Below are positions 50,001-57,732 of a stretch of DNA of 64,000 bases, in pieces; position 1 is the stretch's first letter, and every line of letters begins with the position of its first letter. Below the pieces are notes generated by a model. The model had not been told where the DNA came from, did no database searches, and saw only the letters and a list, made by a program, of their open reading frames with translations. The DNA is from an uncultured delta proteobacterium (GTDB lineage Bacteria > Myxococcota_A > Polyangia > Fen-1088), in assembly GCA_963767925.1 (NCBI GenBank), contig CAVYGB010000008.1:1088001-1152000 (forward strand), in the 5' to 3' direction. Both the position numbers and the translations under genes were made by a program.

Positions 50001-51053
50001 CTTCCGGGTATGGAGACCGTGGCCCGGCTCCTGCCGGTGAAGCGCCTCCCAGGCCCGCGCGGCGCCCGGATAGTCGCCCAGCTCCTCGCGCAGCTCGGCC
50101 AGCGCCTGCCAGGCGGGCACCTGGTCGATGCGGCTACCACCGGTGGTCCGGGCAGCCAGCCAGGGCTCGAGATCGACCCCCCGGCCGCGCCGGAGGGCCA
50201 GCCGCACCACCTGACGATAGAGCTCGAGCCGCTCGGAGGGGGGCGCCGACCGGCGCTCGATCGCGGCGCGCAGGATCTTCTCCGCCGCCTCGGGGTCGCC
50301 GGCCGCTTCGCGCAAGGCGGCCGCCTGCAGCGCCAGTCTGGTTCGCCGGCTGCCGCCGAGCCCGGAGCGGGCCAGGAGCTGCTCGACCGCGTCCGCGCCC
50401 TCGGCGGCATGTCCACCCCGGCCCAGCGCCCGGGCCAGCGCCAGCACCAGCGCGGGGTCGCCGGGCCGCGCGGCCAGCAGGTGTCGACGGACCTCGATCT
50501 CGATCGCGGCCAGGCCGAGGCGATCGGCCAGCGCGGCTGTCCGCTGCAGGAGGTCCCGGCGGCGCCCGGGCGAGCGCTCCCGCGCCGCCGCCGCCTGGTA
50601 ATCCCGCACAGCAGGAGTCAACTGCCCCAGGTGCTCAAGCGCACGCGCCCGCCCCAGCAAGGGGGCCGCCGCTGCGGGGTCGAGCGAGACGGCCCGGTCG
50701 AACTCTGGCCGGGCCTGCCCGGGACGCCCGGCGGCCAGGAGCAACTGGGCGTGCGCCAGCACGGCCGGGTAGGGGGCGCCTGTCGCGCGCGCCGCCGTGC
50801 CGGTGCGCTCGAGGAGGCGCTCGGTCTCCAGCGCGCCGGCTCCCCGGATCACCGCGGCGGCCAGGCCCGGATCATCCGGGCGTGCCCGCAAGGCTCGGAG
50901 CGCCTGCTCGCGCTGCGCCCGAGGCTGGTCCCGCTTGACCTGCCAGTCGGCGGCGACCGCGGGAGCGGCGAGCGCCAGCGATAGAAACCCGCAGCCGGCG
51001 ACCACCCGCAGCCACCGCGCCAGAGCCGGCCTCGCGGCTGCTAGGGGGCGCAT
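47058..51053 (-). CDS. Exported TPR + HEAT repeat protein (about 1330 aa)
   Basis: Signal peptide ending AVA-A; N-terminal TPRs (ALFALDPRDERAIVGLGE); C-terminal HEAT/PBS repeats (RLRAAAVWALGRL, DPSPLVRAAA). The start overlaps the anti-sigma gene. Confidence 0.85.
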   Translation of the reverse strand: MRPLAAARPALARWLRVVAGCGFLSLALAAPAVAADWQVKRDQPRAQREQALRALRARPDDPGLAAAVIRGAGALETERLLERTGTAARATGAPYPAVLAHAQLLLAAGRPGQARPEFDRAVSLDPAAAAPLLGRARALEHLGQLTPAVRDYQAAAARERSPGRRRDLLQRTAALADRLGLAAIEIEVRRHLLAARPGDPALVLALARALGRGGHAAEGADAVEQLLARSGLGGSRRTRLALQAAALREAAGDPEAAEKILRAAIERRSAPPSERLELYRQVVRLALRRGRGVDLEPWLAARTTGGSRIDQVPAWQALAELREELGDYPGAARAWEALHRQEPGHGLHTRKLVALLDRLGRDDEVARVYEASVARLGVDTDTVLEMIERKYRRGQRQDAQRRFDQALRRLRRSPPALVRLADLASRWNEGERVLACWDALFALDPRDERAIVGLGEAHFQSGRRELARRTWQGLLRVVKPPAAAHARLAELLGDHDLLDEALPLARAAQRLEPAEPAHHRTLARILEKKRELSAAVSEWRSVLQKSLGPQRSHERREARARIVNLLAREGRERLRAETVLLKDRVGRHPEDREAALFLAELQLKLQAPAEAVQTLTAACGSAPGDAELVLMLVRLLRQSRQTDRAVTWLERFADQVPARAPEALLQIAEIRLERYEDQAAMAAASRAVELARRAPEVLLRAAELQDRAGQPDLALESLRAALGEPASAKAALSAADLLVRRGQAAEALDVLRAAGRNSSDPETRADLIARELDIAEYAGELPDLLERLAAEPVAASAGERRLVVEVYRRVLPALYRRAGRDEGARARWLDLAGGASRPLIAVLIDPDGAPDPAVIELAGMAGNRDVLPALLRLLEVDRDPEPEAVPVAGDPRADASDLVDTAQAERVAVAALVALGRLKARPALARLLELSVHPEARLRAAAVWALGRLEMVEAEASLRTATRDPRGEVAAFAALGLGRLGTGSASQALRSMALDASRPVDARRAALVGLAMARAPDPDGTLLPLLDASDPLLARSAACAVGVLRERSALAGLWRRALLGGGQSQEVAALALATHASEAAIPDDAPSIRGDRLDPGPLLDELCALPRDAEVEVEGLFVEHAGEIAELFEAALRGRVEDRRRALVTLDGSAASGGLAGPRAALAARLRESLGRLLTDPDTVVRLRALRLATRLQDGRITSTHIVSALREAAGRGPAQASGAADLEGLDPAQVALQALAALRSRGQWTALDSQRLWQQAPRLLAHPAWSVRLATVEALGLAGQPPDPLLRPALEDPSPLVRAAARRASAGSRPADNVGPAVGPATARPRPGGG

Positions 51054-51274
51054 CGGCTGCGCAGGTAGACGCGAACCGCCTCCTTGACCTGCGCCGGCAT
51101 CTCGAGGGCCAGCGCCTGCCGCGAGATCTCGGGGGTGCGGCGGTAAGTCTCGAAAAACGTGACACAGGGGGCGCACACCGAGAGATGGCGCTGGAACCGT
51201 CCTTGCTCCTCTTCGGGGAGGACTCCCTCCAGGTATTCGAGGCAGAAATCCAGCACGTCCTGGCAGCCGATCAT
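51041..51274 (-). CDS. Zinc-binding anti-sigma factor-like protein (zf-HC2/ZAS, 77 aa)
   Basis: C..V...C.EYLEG.L..E...F..HLSVCAPC (HxxxCxxC); GAGGA RBS. Confidence 0.8.
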   Translation of the reverse strand: MIGCQDVLDFCLEYLEGVLPEEEQGRFQRHLSVCAPCVTFFETYRRTPEISRQALALEMPAQVKEAVRVYLRSRCAP

Positions 51275-51345
51275 GTCCTCACTCCCGAAGCCGGGCCGAA
51301 ATATAACCGACGTGAACGAATTCCGCACAACCTGGGGCGGCGATG

Positions 51346-51353
51346 GCCGATAA
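51346..51353 (+). promoter_or_regulatory. Sigma-28 (FliA/WhiG)-type -10 element GCCGATAA
   Basis: Exact consensus 8 nt before ATG 51362. The -35 position (15 nt upstream) reads ACAA, a partial match to TAAA. Confidence 0.5.
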
Positions 51354-51361
51354 AGCCCTCC

Positions 51362-52189
51362 ATGGTGCAGCGAATCGCAGGGAAGGACTCCGCCTCCAGC
51401 GCTTCGGATGCTCAGGGCCCGAAGCGTCAAGAGGAGCGTGCCCCGGCGGACCGCGCCGCCAAGTTCCGCGACATGCTCGGCCCCGGAGCTCAGCGCGAAG
51501 CCGCCGGGCAGGAGCGGGCCAAGAACGCCGGCCGTGCTGGGGCCGAGGGTGCGCCCGGGGCGGCGGGCGCGACCGCGGGCACGAAGCCGAACGGCGCCGG
51601 CCAGGCTGACCCAGGCGGCGCCGGGGCAACCGGTCGGTCCGGACCGGGTACGCCCGCCGAGGTCGCCGCAGCCGCCAGGGACTTGCAGGCTGCCCTGGAC
51701 GAGATCGGAGTGAAGGCCACCCAGGTGCGCGGCGGGGGCGGCAAGGCGGGCGGCGAAGACGCTGGCGGAGAGGCCGCCGCTCTCGGCGCCCAGCTCGCCA
51801 GCGCCATGGGCGCCCCTTCCTGGGGGCGGCCGGAGGGGCCGACCCGGGTCGAGGCCGCCGGCCGGATGATGCCCGCCGAGATGGAGGGCATGGAGAAGAT
51901 GCACAGGCTCCTCATCGGCCAGGGGCCGCAGGGAGCCGAGGCTCGGCTGTCGATCACCGACGGTCCGCTGGCCGGGGCGCAGATCCACCTCAAGACCGGC
52001 CCGGGCGGGGTCCAGGCCGCTGTCTCGACCAGCACCGAATCGTCGCGCCAGACCCTGGTCTCGGCGATGGAAGAGGTCGCCCGCCGCATGAAGGACAAGG
52101 GCCACCGCCTGAGCGTTCAGCAGGCTCCACCGCCCACCCGTCCCGAGCACTCCGGCTGGCCACCCGACCAGGGGGGACAGACTCCCTGA
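51362..52189 (+). CDS. FliK/SctP-like length-control protein
   Basis: Long Gly/Ala low-complexity N-terminal region. The C-terminal domain ARLSITDGPLAGAQIHL..GGVQAAV...SRQTL..AMEEVARRMKDKG fits the T3S4/FliK_C pattern. Lies before sctQ. Confidence 0.65.
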   Translation: MVQRIAGKDSASSASDAQGPKRQEERAPADRAAKFRDMLGPGAQREAAGQERAKNAGRAGAEGAPGAAGATAGTKPNGAGQADPGGAGATGRSGPGTPAEVAAAARDLQAALDEIGVKATQVRGGGGKAGGEDAGGEAAALGAQLASAMGAPSWGRPEGPTRVEAAGRMMPAEMEGMEKMHRLLIGQGPQGAEARLSITDGPLAGAQIHLKTGPGGVQAAVSTSTESSRQTLVSAMEEVARRMKDKGHRLSVQQAPPPTRPEHSGWPPDQGGQTP

Positions 52190-52218
52190 CCGGCGGAGAC
52201 CGTCGGAGAGCGGGCTGA

Positions 52219-53301
52219 ATGGCCAGGCAGGTCAAGGCCTTCGCCTACGAGGGATTACCCACCGTGCCCGCGATGTCCGTGGCCAACGCCCGATCGCTGG
52301 CCCGGGCCCTGGCCGCGAGCGGCGGCTTCGGGACGATCAACGCGCGTGGGCTCGGCCGCCTGCAGCTCGCGGTCGAGCGGGTGGATGTCAGCCCGTGGAA
52401 GGGCGATCCGGGAGCGCACCCCTCGCCCGAGACCGGCTTCATGCTCGTCCGGGTCGACGGTACGTTCGGCTGCGTGACGGTGGAGCGCTTCTTCGCCCTG
52501 GGCCTCGTGCGGATGGTTCTGGGGGCGCCCGCGCCGCCGGTGTTGCGGCCGCTGAGCCCTTCGGAGCGGGGCGTGCTGGGGGCCATCGTGGCCGCGGTGC
52601 TGGCCTCGACCGGAGGGAGCACGCGGGTCTCGCTCGAACGGCCGCGGCCCCCCGAGGGGGAATACGTCGGGTTGAACCTGCTGGCGCGCACGTCGACCCT
52701 GTCTGGCGGCGCCTTGCTGGAGCTCCCGGTGAGCTGGTTGCCGGCCCGGGCCGGCCCGCTGTCCGCGGATGCGAGCTGGCTGCTCGAGACCGTCCTCGTG
52801 ATCGAGGCCGGCAGGACCTCGCTGCCAGGCGGCGCTTTTGCGACCGCCGAGGTTGGCGACGTGGTGGTTTTTGAGGGAGTATCTGCCCTTCGTGATGACT
52901 CCCCGTGGCCTTGCGAGCTGCGCCTCGGTCCCAACCGAGCCCCGGCGCTGCTGGTATCCAGTGGAGAGCTGCGCCTCGAGGCAGCCTTCGTCCTCGGCCC
53001 GCAACCGGCGGCAGAGTCCGACATGAGCGACGAGCAGGATCCCCGCGCGGAGGGCTTCGCGCCGGAAGCCGCGGCGGTGCTGGCCTCGGCCCCGGTCGAG
53101 ATCGTGGCCGAGCTAGGCCGGATTGCCCTGCGAGGGGACGAGGTGCTCGGCTTGACCAGCGGCTCGGTGCTGCCGCTCGGTCCCCGCCGGCGGGACCTGG
53201 TCACCTTGCGGGTGGGGGGCCGGATCTGGGCCCGGGGCGAGCTGGTTCACATCGAAGAGGAGCTCGGCGTTCGCATCACCGAGGTCCTCCGACCGCGCTA
53301 G
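52219..53301 (+). CDS. SctQ / FliM-FliN family C-ring protein
   Basis: C-terminal SpoA domain PVEIVAELGRI.L...EVL.L..GSVLPL...V.LRVGG...ARGELV.IEEELGVRITE, plus a degenerate upstream SpoA (EAGRTSL..GDVV). Confidence 0.85.
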   Translation: MARQVKAFAYEGLPTVPAMSVANARSLARALAASGGFGTINARGLGRLQLAVERVDVSPWKGDPGAHPSPETGFMLVRVDGTFGCVTVERFFALGLVRMVLGAPAPPVLRPLSPSERGVLGAIVAAVLASTGGSTRVSLERPRPPEGEYVGLNLLARTSTLSGGALLELPVSWLPARAGPLSADASWLLETVLVIEAGRTSLPGGAFATAEVGDVVVFEGVSALRDDSPWPCELRLGPNRAPALLVSSGELRLEAAFVLGPQPAAESDMSDEQDPRAEGFAPEAAAVLASAPVEIVAELGRIALRGDEVLGLTSGSVLPLGPRRRDLVTLRVGGRIWARGELVHIEEELGVRITEVLRPR

Positions 53302-54683
53302 GCCGGCGCAGGTACCGGGCTCAGGACGGTGGCGGCGGGCGCCTCCGGGGGGGGCTGGCTCAGGGTCTCGAACAGGACGGCCGCGCTGCTCCACCTTGGG
53401 GCGTTGCGCATGAGCGAGGCGGGTAAGGCCGACCAGAGATCACTCTGGGCGCGAAGGCCGAGGGCCCGTCGGAGCGTGCCCAGGAGCTCGAAGGAGCTGC
53501 CCGCGCCGTAAAGCAGCCCGGTCCCGGTTGCCGATCCGGGGTCGAAGTCGACGAGGAAGTCGGCGAAGGCACCGGCATCGGGGGCCAGGGGAAGGGTCCC
53601 GTAGCGGAGGCTGAGCCCGGCGCTACGGCCGGTCAGCTCGTTTTCGCTGCAGAGCAGGAGGGCGTCGGCGGCCGCCAGCAGCTCCCGCCGGGCCAGCGGG
53701 TCCCCGTCGGTCACCACGGCGATCTTTCCCGGGTTCTGGATGGCAAGCAGCTTGGCCTTCTCGTTGAGAGCCCGGTCGGTCCCCGCGGTCAGGATGACCG
53801 AGACGTCGAGGCCCGAGAGCTGGGAGAGCGCCGCGATCACGGCCCCGGATTCCGGCCCTGGCTCGAGGGGCAAGGTTGCCACCAGCAACGTGCGGGGCCC
53901 GACCGCCAGGGACAGGCGCCGGGCGAGCGCCTTCCGGCATTCGGTCTTGCCGGCGGCGGTGTTCTCGGCCGAGTAGTGGAAGGAGACGGCCGGGTCGCTC
54001 TGGGGGTCGTGGGGCGCGTCGTCGCAGCCCATCTTGACCACCGCGATGGGTTGATCCGAGGCGAGCGCGGTCAGCGCCGGGTGCTGGGCCAGGGCCGCAG
54101 CCGCGGTGGGGCTGGGCACCACCATGGCGTCTGACGAGATGATGCCGCGGGCGAGCAGGGAGCGCCCGGCGCCCAGGTCGTCGACCTCGGCCAGGGCAGC
54201 GACCTCCTCCTGAGGAAGCGGTTCGCCGGCCTGACCCTCCGGCACGACGAAGATCCGACGCGGGCTGTTCGGCCCCGTGATGGCGGAGAGCGCGCCTGCG
54301 GCGGTCTCGCCCCAGCCGACGACGAGCGACGGCCGGAAGAGCCCATCGGCAGCGAGAGCCGCGGCGGCGCTGCCGAGCAGCGCCGCTGTCCGCCCCCGCG
54401 ACCCGGGCTCTACCGCCAGGACGAACAGATGCGCCGCGCTCCCCGACGCCCGTCCTTCATAAAGTGGTACGGCCAGCGGTTGCCCGCCGACCGAGACGTT
54501 GACCGTACGCAGACGCCGAGCCAGACCGGGCTGGCTCGCCGCCTGCTCCGGCGTTGCCTGCGACAGGACGCAGACCCGCCGGTTGGAAGAGGCGAAGGCG
54601 GCGGCCAGGCCCGTGGCACCGGCTGCCGCTGCGCCTTCGGCCAGCGGGGCGATCGCTTCGGCGACGATGACGTAATCGGACAT
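53298..54683 (-). CDS. Degenerate glycogen-synthase (GT5)-like protein
   Basis: GlgA-like spacing of landmarks (AIAP.A, ARGI..SD....S, DP..DP..HYSA...GK..C..AL, ADALL..S.NE..G..LRYG..P...G...D), but KTGGL and RL..QKG are absent. Confidence 0.7.
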   Translation of the reverse strand: MSDYVIVAEAIAPLAEGAAAAGATGLAAAFASSNRRVCVLSQATPEQAASQPGLARRLRTVNVSVGGQPLAVPLYEGRASGSAAHLFVLAVEPGSRGRTAALLGSAAAALAADGLFRPSLVVGWGETAAGALSAITGPNSPRRIFVVPEGQAGEPLPQEEVAALAEVDDLGAGRSLLARGIISSDAMVVPSPTAAAALAQHPALTALASDQPIAVVKMGCDDAPHDPQSDPAVSFHYSAENTAAGKTECRKALARRLSLAVGPRTLLVATLPLEPGPESGAVIAALSQLSGLDVSVILTAGTDRALNEKAKLLAIQNPGKIAVVTDGDPLARRELLAAADALLLCSENELTGRSAGLSLRYGTLPLAPDAGAFADFLVDFDPGSATGTGLLYGAGSSFELLGTLRRALGLRAQSDLWSALPASLMRNAPRWSSAAVLFETLSQPPPEAPAATVLSPVPAPA

Positions 54684-54828
54684 GTTACAGCCGACCAGTA
54701 CCTCGAGCGCACCGGCCTTGGCTAGCGATAACGGACGTATTCAGGCGGGAGCGGCTATCTCTCTCGAGTGGGGTGAGCCACCCGGAAGTGGGCTGCGCCC
54801 GCCTGACGCGTCTGGGCCGCTGGGGGGA

Positions 54829-55032
54829 CTATTCGTTGGCGCCCCGTTCATCTTCCTCGCCGGGGAACTCGTTCACCGACGGGTACTTCATGATCTCCTT
54901 GCGAGAGATCTTCCACGCCTTCTGCACTATCCAGGAAAGCGAGCGATCCTGACGCGTCGCCTCCTCCTGAATCTCCTTAAGCATTTCCTCAGGAAAATAG
55001 AGACTCTGTTTCCTCTTGTCGGAACCAGCCAT
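54829..55032 (-). CDS. cdbA: CdbA-type c-di-GMP-binding ribbon-helix-helix nucleoid protein (TIGR04563 family, 67 aa)
   Basis: MAGSDKRKQSLYFPEEMLKEIQEEATRQDRSLSWIVQKAWK matches my recollection of the myxobacterial CdbA/CdbB family. Confidence 0.85.
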   Translation of the reverse strand: MAGSDKRKQSLYFPEEMLKEIQEEATRQDRSLSWIVQKAWKISRKEIMKYPSVNEFPGEEDERGANE

Positions 55033-55592
55033 GAAGCCCCCCCGGTGGTGGTGGAATGCGCTTTGGGGTGCAGGCATCTACGTGTGTACTGCCCACACTG
55101 TCAAGGTCTGCGGCATCATATCACCCACCTGGCGATCCTTGATACCTTTTTCTACACAGGCTTCGTTGCCGAGGGCGTGAAGTCTTGGTGAAGGCCTCTG
55201 TCAGGGGCCTCGGATGGTGCGCGGTTTCCCCGCATTTTTTGCGGTTTTCGCCTGGTTCCTTGCTCTTGGTTCCTTGGTCCGGGCCTGGTTTTTCGTCACG
55301 AGGCTCTGGCGAATTTTTTCGCGATCTTTCGTCAGTCGCGTGCAGTCGCCTGGTGCGCCTGGGTCCTCCTGCTCACGGGGTTTGCATCCGGGGGTGCTCT
55401 CGGCTAGCGGCGACGCCGGCGGCCGGCGGCGGTCGTGAAACGCTGCTCGGTCCAGTCTGGACACGGGTCGTCGAGCGGGCATTTTTGGCGACCGAGGTCG
55501 GTTATCGACCCTTGAGGCTTGGACTTTGGCGGCGGCAAAGGCTGCGGTAGACTCGCCCGACACCACGGGTTAACCTCGGAAAAAGGGGCCTT

Positions 55593-55970
55593 ATGGAAGG
55601 GTCAGGACTCAAGAAGAAGGATCTCAAGCGGTTTCGGGAAGTCTTGCTAGCGAGGAAAAGGGAGATTCTGCGCAACGCCCAGCGGACCCTGAGTGAGGAC
55701 ATGACGCTGGAGACGGACGACCTGCCCGACGAGATGGACCTGGCGTCCTCCGAGTACCTCCAGTCCTTCACCTTTCGCCTCAGGGGCCGAGAGAAGACCT
55801 TCCTCCAGAAGATCGATCACGCCCTTGGCCGGATCGACGATGGGAGCTTCGGGCTCTGCGAACAGTGCGGGGAGCCGATCTCCCTGAAGCGCCTTGAGGC
55901 GCGCCTCGAGACCACGCTCTGCATCCGCTGCAAAGAGGATCAGGAGCGCATGGAAAAGGCGTACGGCTGA
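55593..55970 (+). CDS. dksA: DksA / TraR C4 zinc-finger RNA polymerase regulator
   Basis: Coiled-coil tip PDEMDLAS (DxxDxA), RGREK..L.KI..AL, CEQCGEPI..RL..TTLCIRCK. Confidence 0.9.
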   Translation: MEGSGLKKKDLKRFREVLLARKREILRNAQRTLSEDMTLETDDLPDEMDLASSEYLQSFTFRLRGREKTFLQKIDHALGRIDDGSFGLCEQCGEPISLKRLEARLETTLCIRCKEDQERMEKAYG

Positions 55971-55993
55971 CGGATCCGGGCGGCTCCCGTCAG
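55967..55993. terminator. Hairpin joining the convergent stops of dksA and the ligase-like gene
   Basis: ctgacgg...ccgtcag 7-bp stem containing both stop codons; no U-tract. Confidence 0.3.
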
Positions 55994-57468
55994 ATCGACT
56001 CGCAGAACTCGATCTGACGGGGGACCTTGTGCGGGGCCAGGCTCCGCGCGCAGTGGTCGATCAGGTCGTCGGCGCGGCAGCCGGGGGCGGCCACCACCCG
56101 GGCGACCATCGTCGGGTTCCCGGCCTCGTCGATGGACAGCCGGGCCTCGGCCTCCCGGACCTTGGCGAAGGACTCCAGGCAGCCCGCCACCTCGCCCAGG
56201 GCCACCCGCTTGCCGTCGATCTTCACCAGGTCGTCCTCGCGTCCCCTGAGGATCAGGCGGCCTGCCCGGTCCTGATAGCCCAGATCCCCGGTGTGGAACC
56301 ATCCCTCCGGATCGGAGCTGCCGATCGGGACGGTGCCGGCCCGGAGAGGAACCCGCACCGGGGGCACGAACTGGCGGCTGGTCCCGCTGGAGCGCACCCA
56401 GATCGGCTGCGGGGTGTCGGGACCGGCGGCCGGGCCCCCGTCGCCCGGTCCGAGCCGGATCTCCACACCCTCGAGCGGCTTGCCCACCGCCGCCGGCTCC
56501 TTCCCTGATTTTTCCAGGGTGATCGGTCCGGTCTCGGTCGCGTGGTAGCAGGAGAGGAGCCGGACCCGGAAGCGTTCGTAGAACGAGTCGGCCAGCGCGG
56601 TGGGCAGGGGGGACCCCGAGCTGAGGAACCGCGCCTTCTTGACCTGCAGCGGTTTGACCGCCACCTCGCGGGCCAGCCCGCCGAACAGCGGCGGGCTCCC
56701 CGGAAAGACGTCGATTCGCTCGTCCCGCAAGAGCTTGGTCAGCCGCTTGCTCGAGACCTCGTCTTCGAGATACATGGTGGCGCCACACAGGAACGGCGCC
56801 AGCATCCCGACGTCGAGGCCGAAGCTGTGGTGCAGGGGGGCCGCATCGAGCACCCGCTCCTCGGGCCGGAGCTCGAGGGCCGCCGCCAAGGTCTCGGCGA
56901 TCGCCTGCAGCTCCCCTTCCGAGCGGACGATCCCCTTGGGATCCCCCCCCGCATCGCCCGTGAAGAGCACCATCGAGGGGGTCACGCCGTCTTCCAGCTC
57001 GGGGGCCGGGCGGCGGTAGAGATGGACGTTCAGCAGCGTGCCCTGCAACCGGCGCCGGCCTTCGGGCTGGACCCGGCTGAGGTTCTTGCGGCCGTCCGCC
57101 CGTGCGGGCGAGGCCGGGGCGGGGGTGGGCGCGTCCCCGCCGTGGGGCCGGGTGACCAGGGCCCGCAGGGGTGCGGCCTCCAGGATCATGTCGAGCTCCC
57201 GGCTGGCGGTGGTTGGATCGAGGGGGACCAGCACCGCCTCCAGCTTGGAGCAGGCAGCGGCCAGGATGACGAACTCGGGAACGTTGCCCAGCATGACCCC
57301 CACCCAGGTACCAGGGACGACACCGACCGAGGCCAGCTCCTGCGCGCGACGGTCTGCCCGATGGGCCAGCCCCCGCCACGACAGATAGGTGTCCCGATAT
57401 ACCAGCGCCGTGCCGCCACCCCCCTGGTCCTTGATGATCCGTTGCAGCCAATCGTACAGGAGCGGCAT
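55990..57468 (-). CDS. ANL-superfamily (acyl-CoA ligase-like) protein with degenerate catalytic motifs
   Basis: [11 protein letters not shown] (A3-like), [33 protein letters not shown]. Ends at [13 protein letters not shown] without the terminal catalytic Lys motif. Confidence 0.8.
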   Translation of the reverse strand: MPLLYDWLQRIIKDQGGGGTALVYRDTYLSWRGLAHRADRRAQELASVGVVPGTWVGVMLGNVPEFVILAAACSKLEAVLVPLDPTTASRELDMILEAAPLRALVTRPHGGDAPTPAPASPARADGRKNLSRVQPEGRRRLQGTLLNVHLYRRPAPELEDGVTPSMVLFTGDAGGDPKGIVRSEGELQAIAETLAAALELRPEERVLDAAPLHHSFGLDVGMLAPFLCGATMYLEDEVSSKRLTKLLRDERIDVFPGSPPLFGGLAREVAVKPLQVKKARFLSSGSPLPTALADSFYERFRVRLLSCYHATETGPITLEKSGKEPAAVGKPLEGVEIRLGPGDGGPAAGPDTPQPIWVRSSGTSRQFVPPVRVPLRAGTVPIGSSDPEGWFHTGDLGYQDRAGRLILRGREDDLVKIDGKRVALGEVAGCLESFAKVREAEARLSIDEAGNPTMVARVVAAPGCRADDLIDHCARSLAPHKVPRQIEFCESI

Positions 57469-57732
57469 TGGGGTGCAGCGCGGAGGTTCGCGTCGGGCAG
57501 TCTAACGGTCAGAGGTGGTCCCCACAAGCGAAGGGCATTGGTCCCTCGCGTTGCAGAGCCCGCCGCGAGCGCCTCCCAGGTCCCGGGGAGCAGGTCCGCC
57601 GAGCGGGTCGAGGAGCGTGGATTGCACCCATTGGGCCACAAGGTGGGCGGATATGCACCGCAGACGTGTATGCTCTGCCGCGTCCCTGTCTTTACGCGGC
57701 GTCTTTCCTGCCATAACCTTGGAGAGCGTCCC

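Noticed and set aside
55185..55566. Two 121-aa ORFs in the cdbA-dksA spacer
   Set aside because: No clear RBS, atypical codon usage, no motifs, and overlap with likely promoters.
55528..55590. c-di-GMP-I riboswitch upstream of dksA (GGCAAA seen)
   Set aside because: The GNRA hairpin and the following GACGCAAAGC-type segment are absent.
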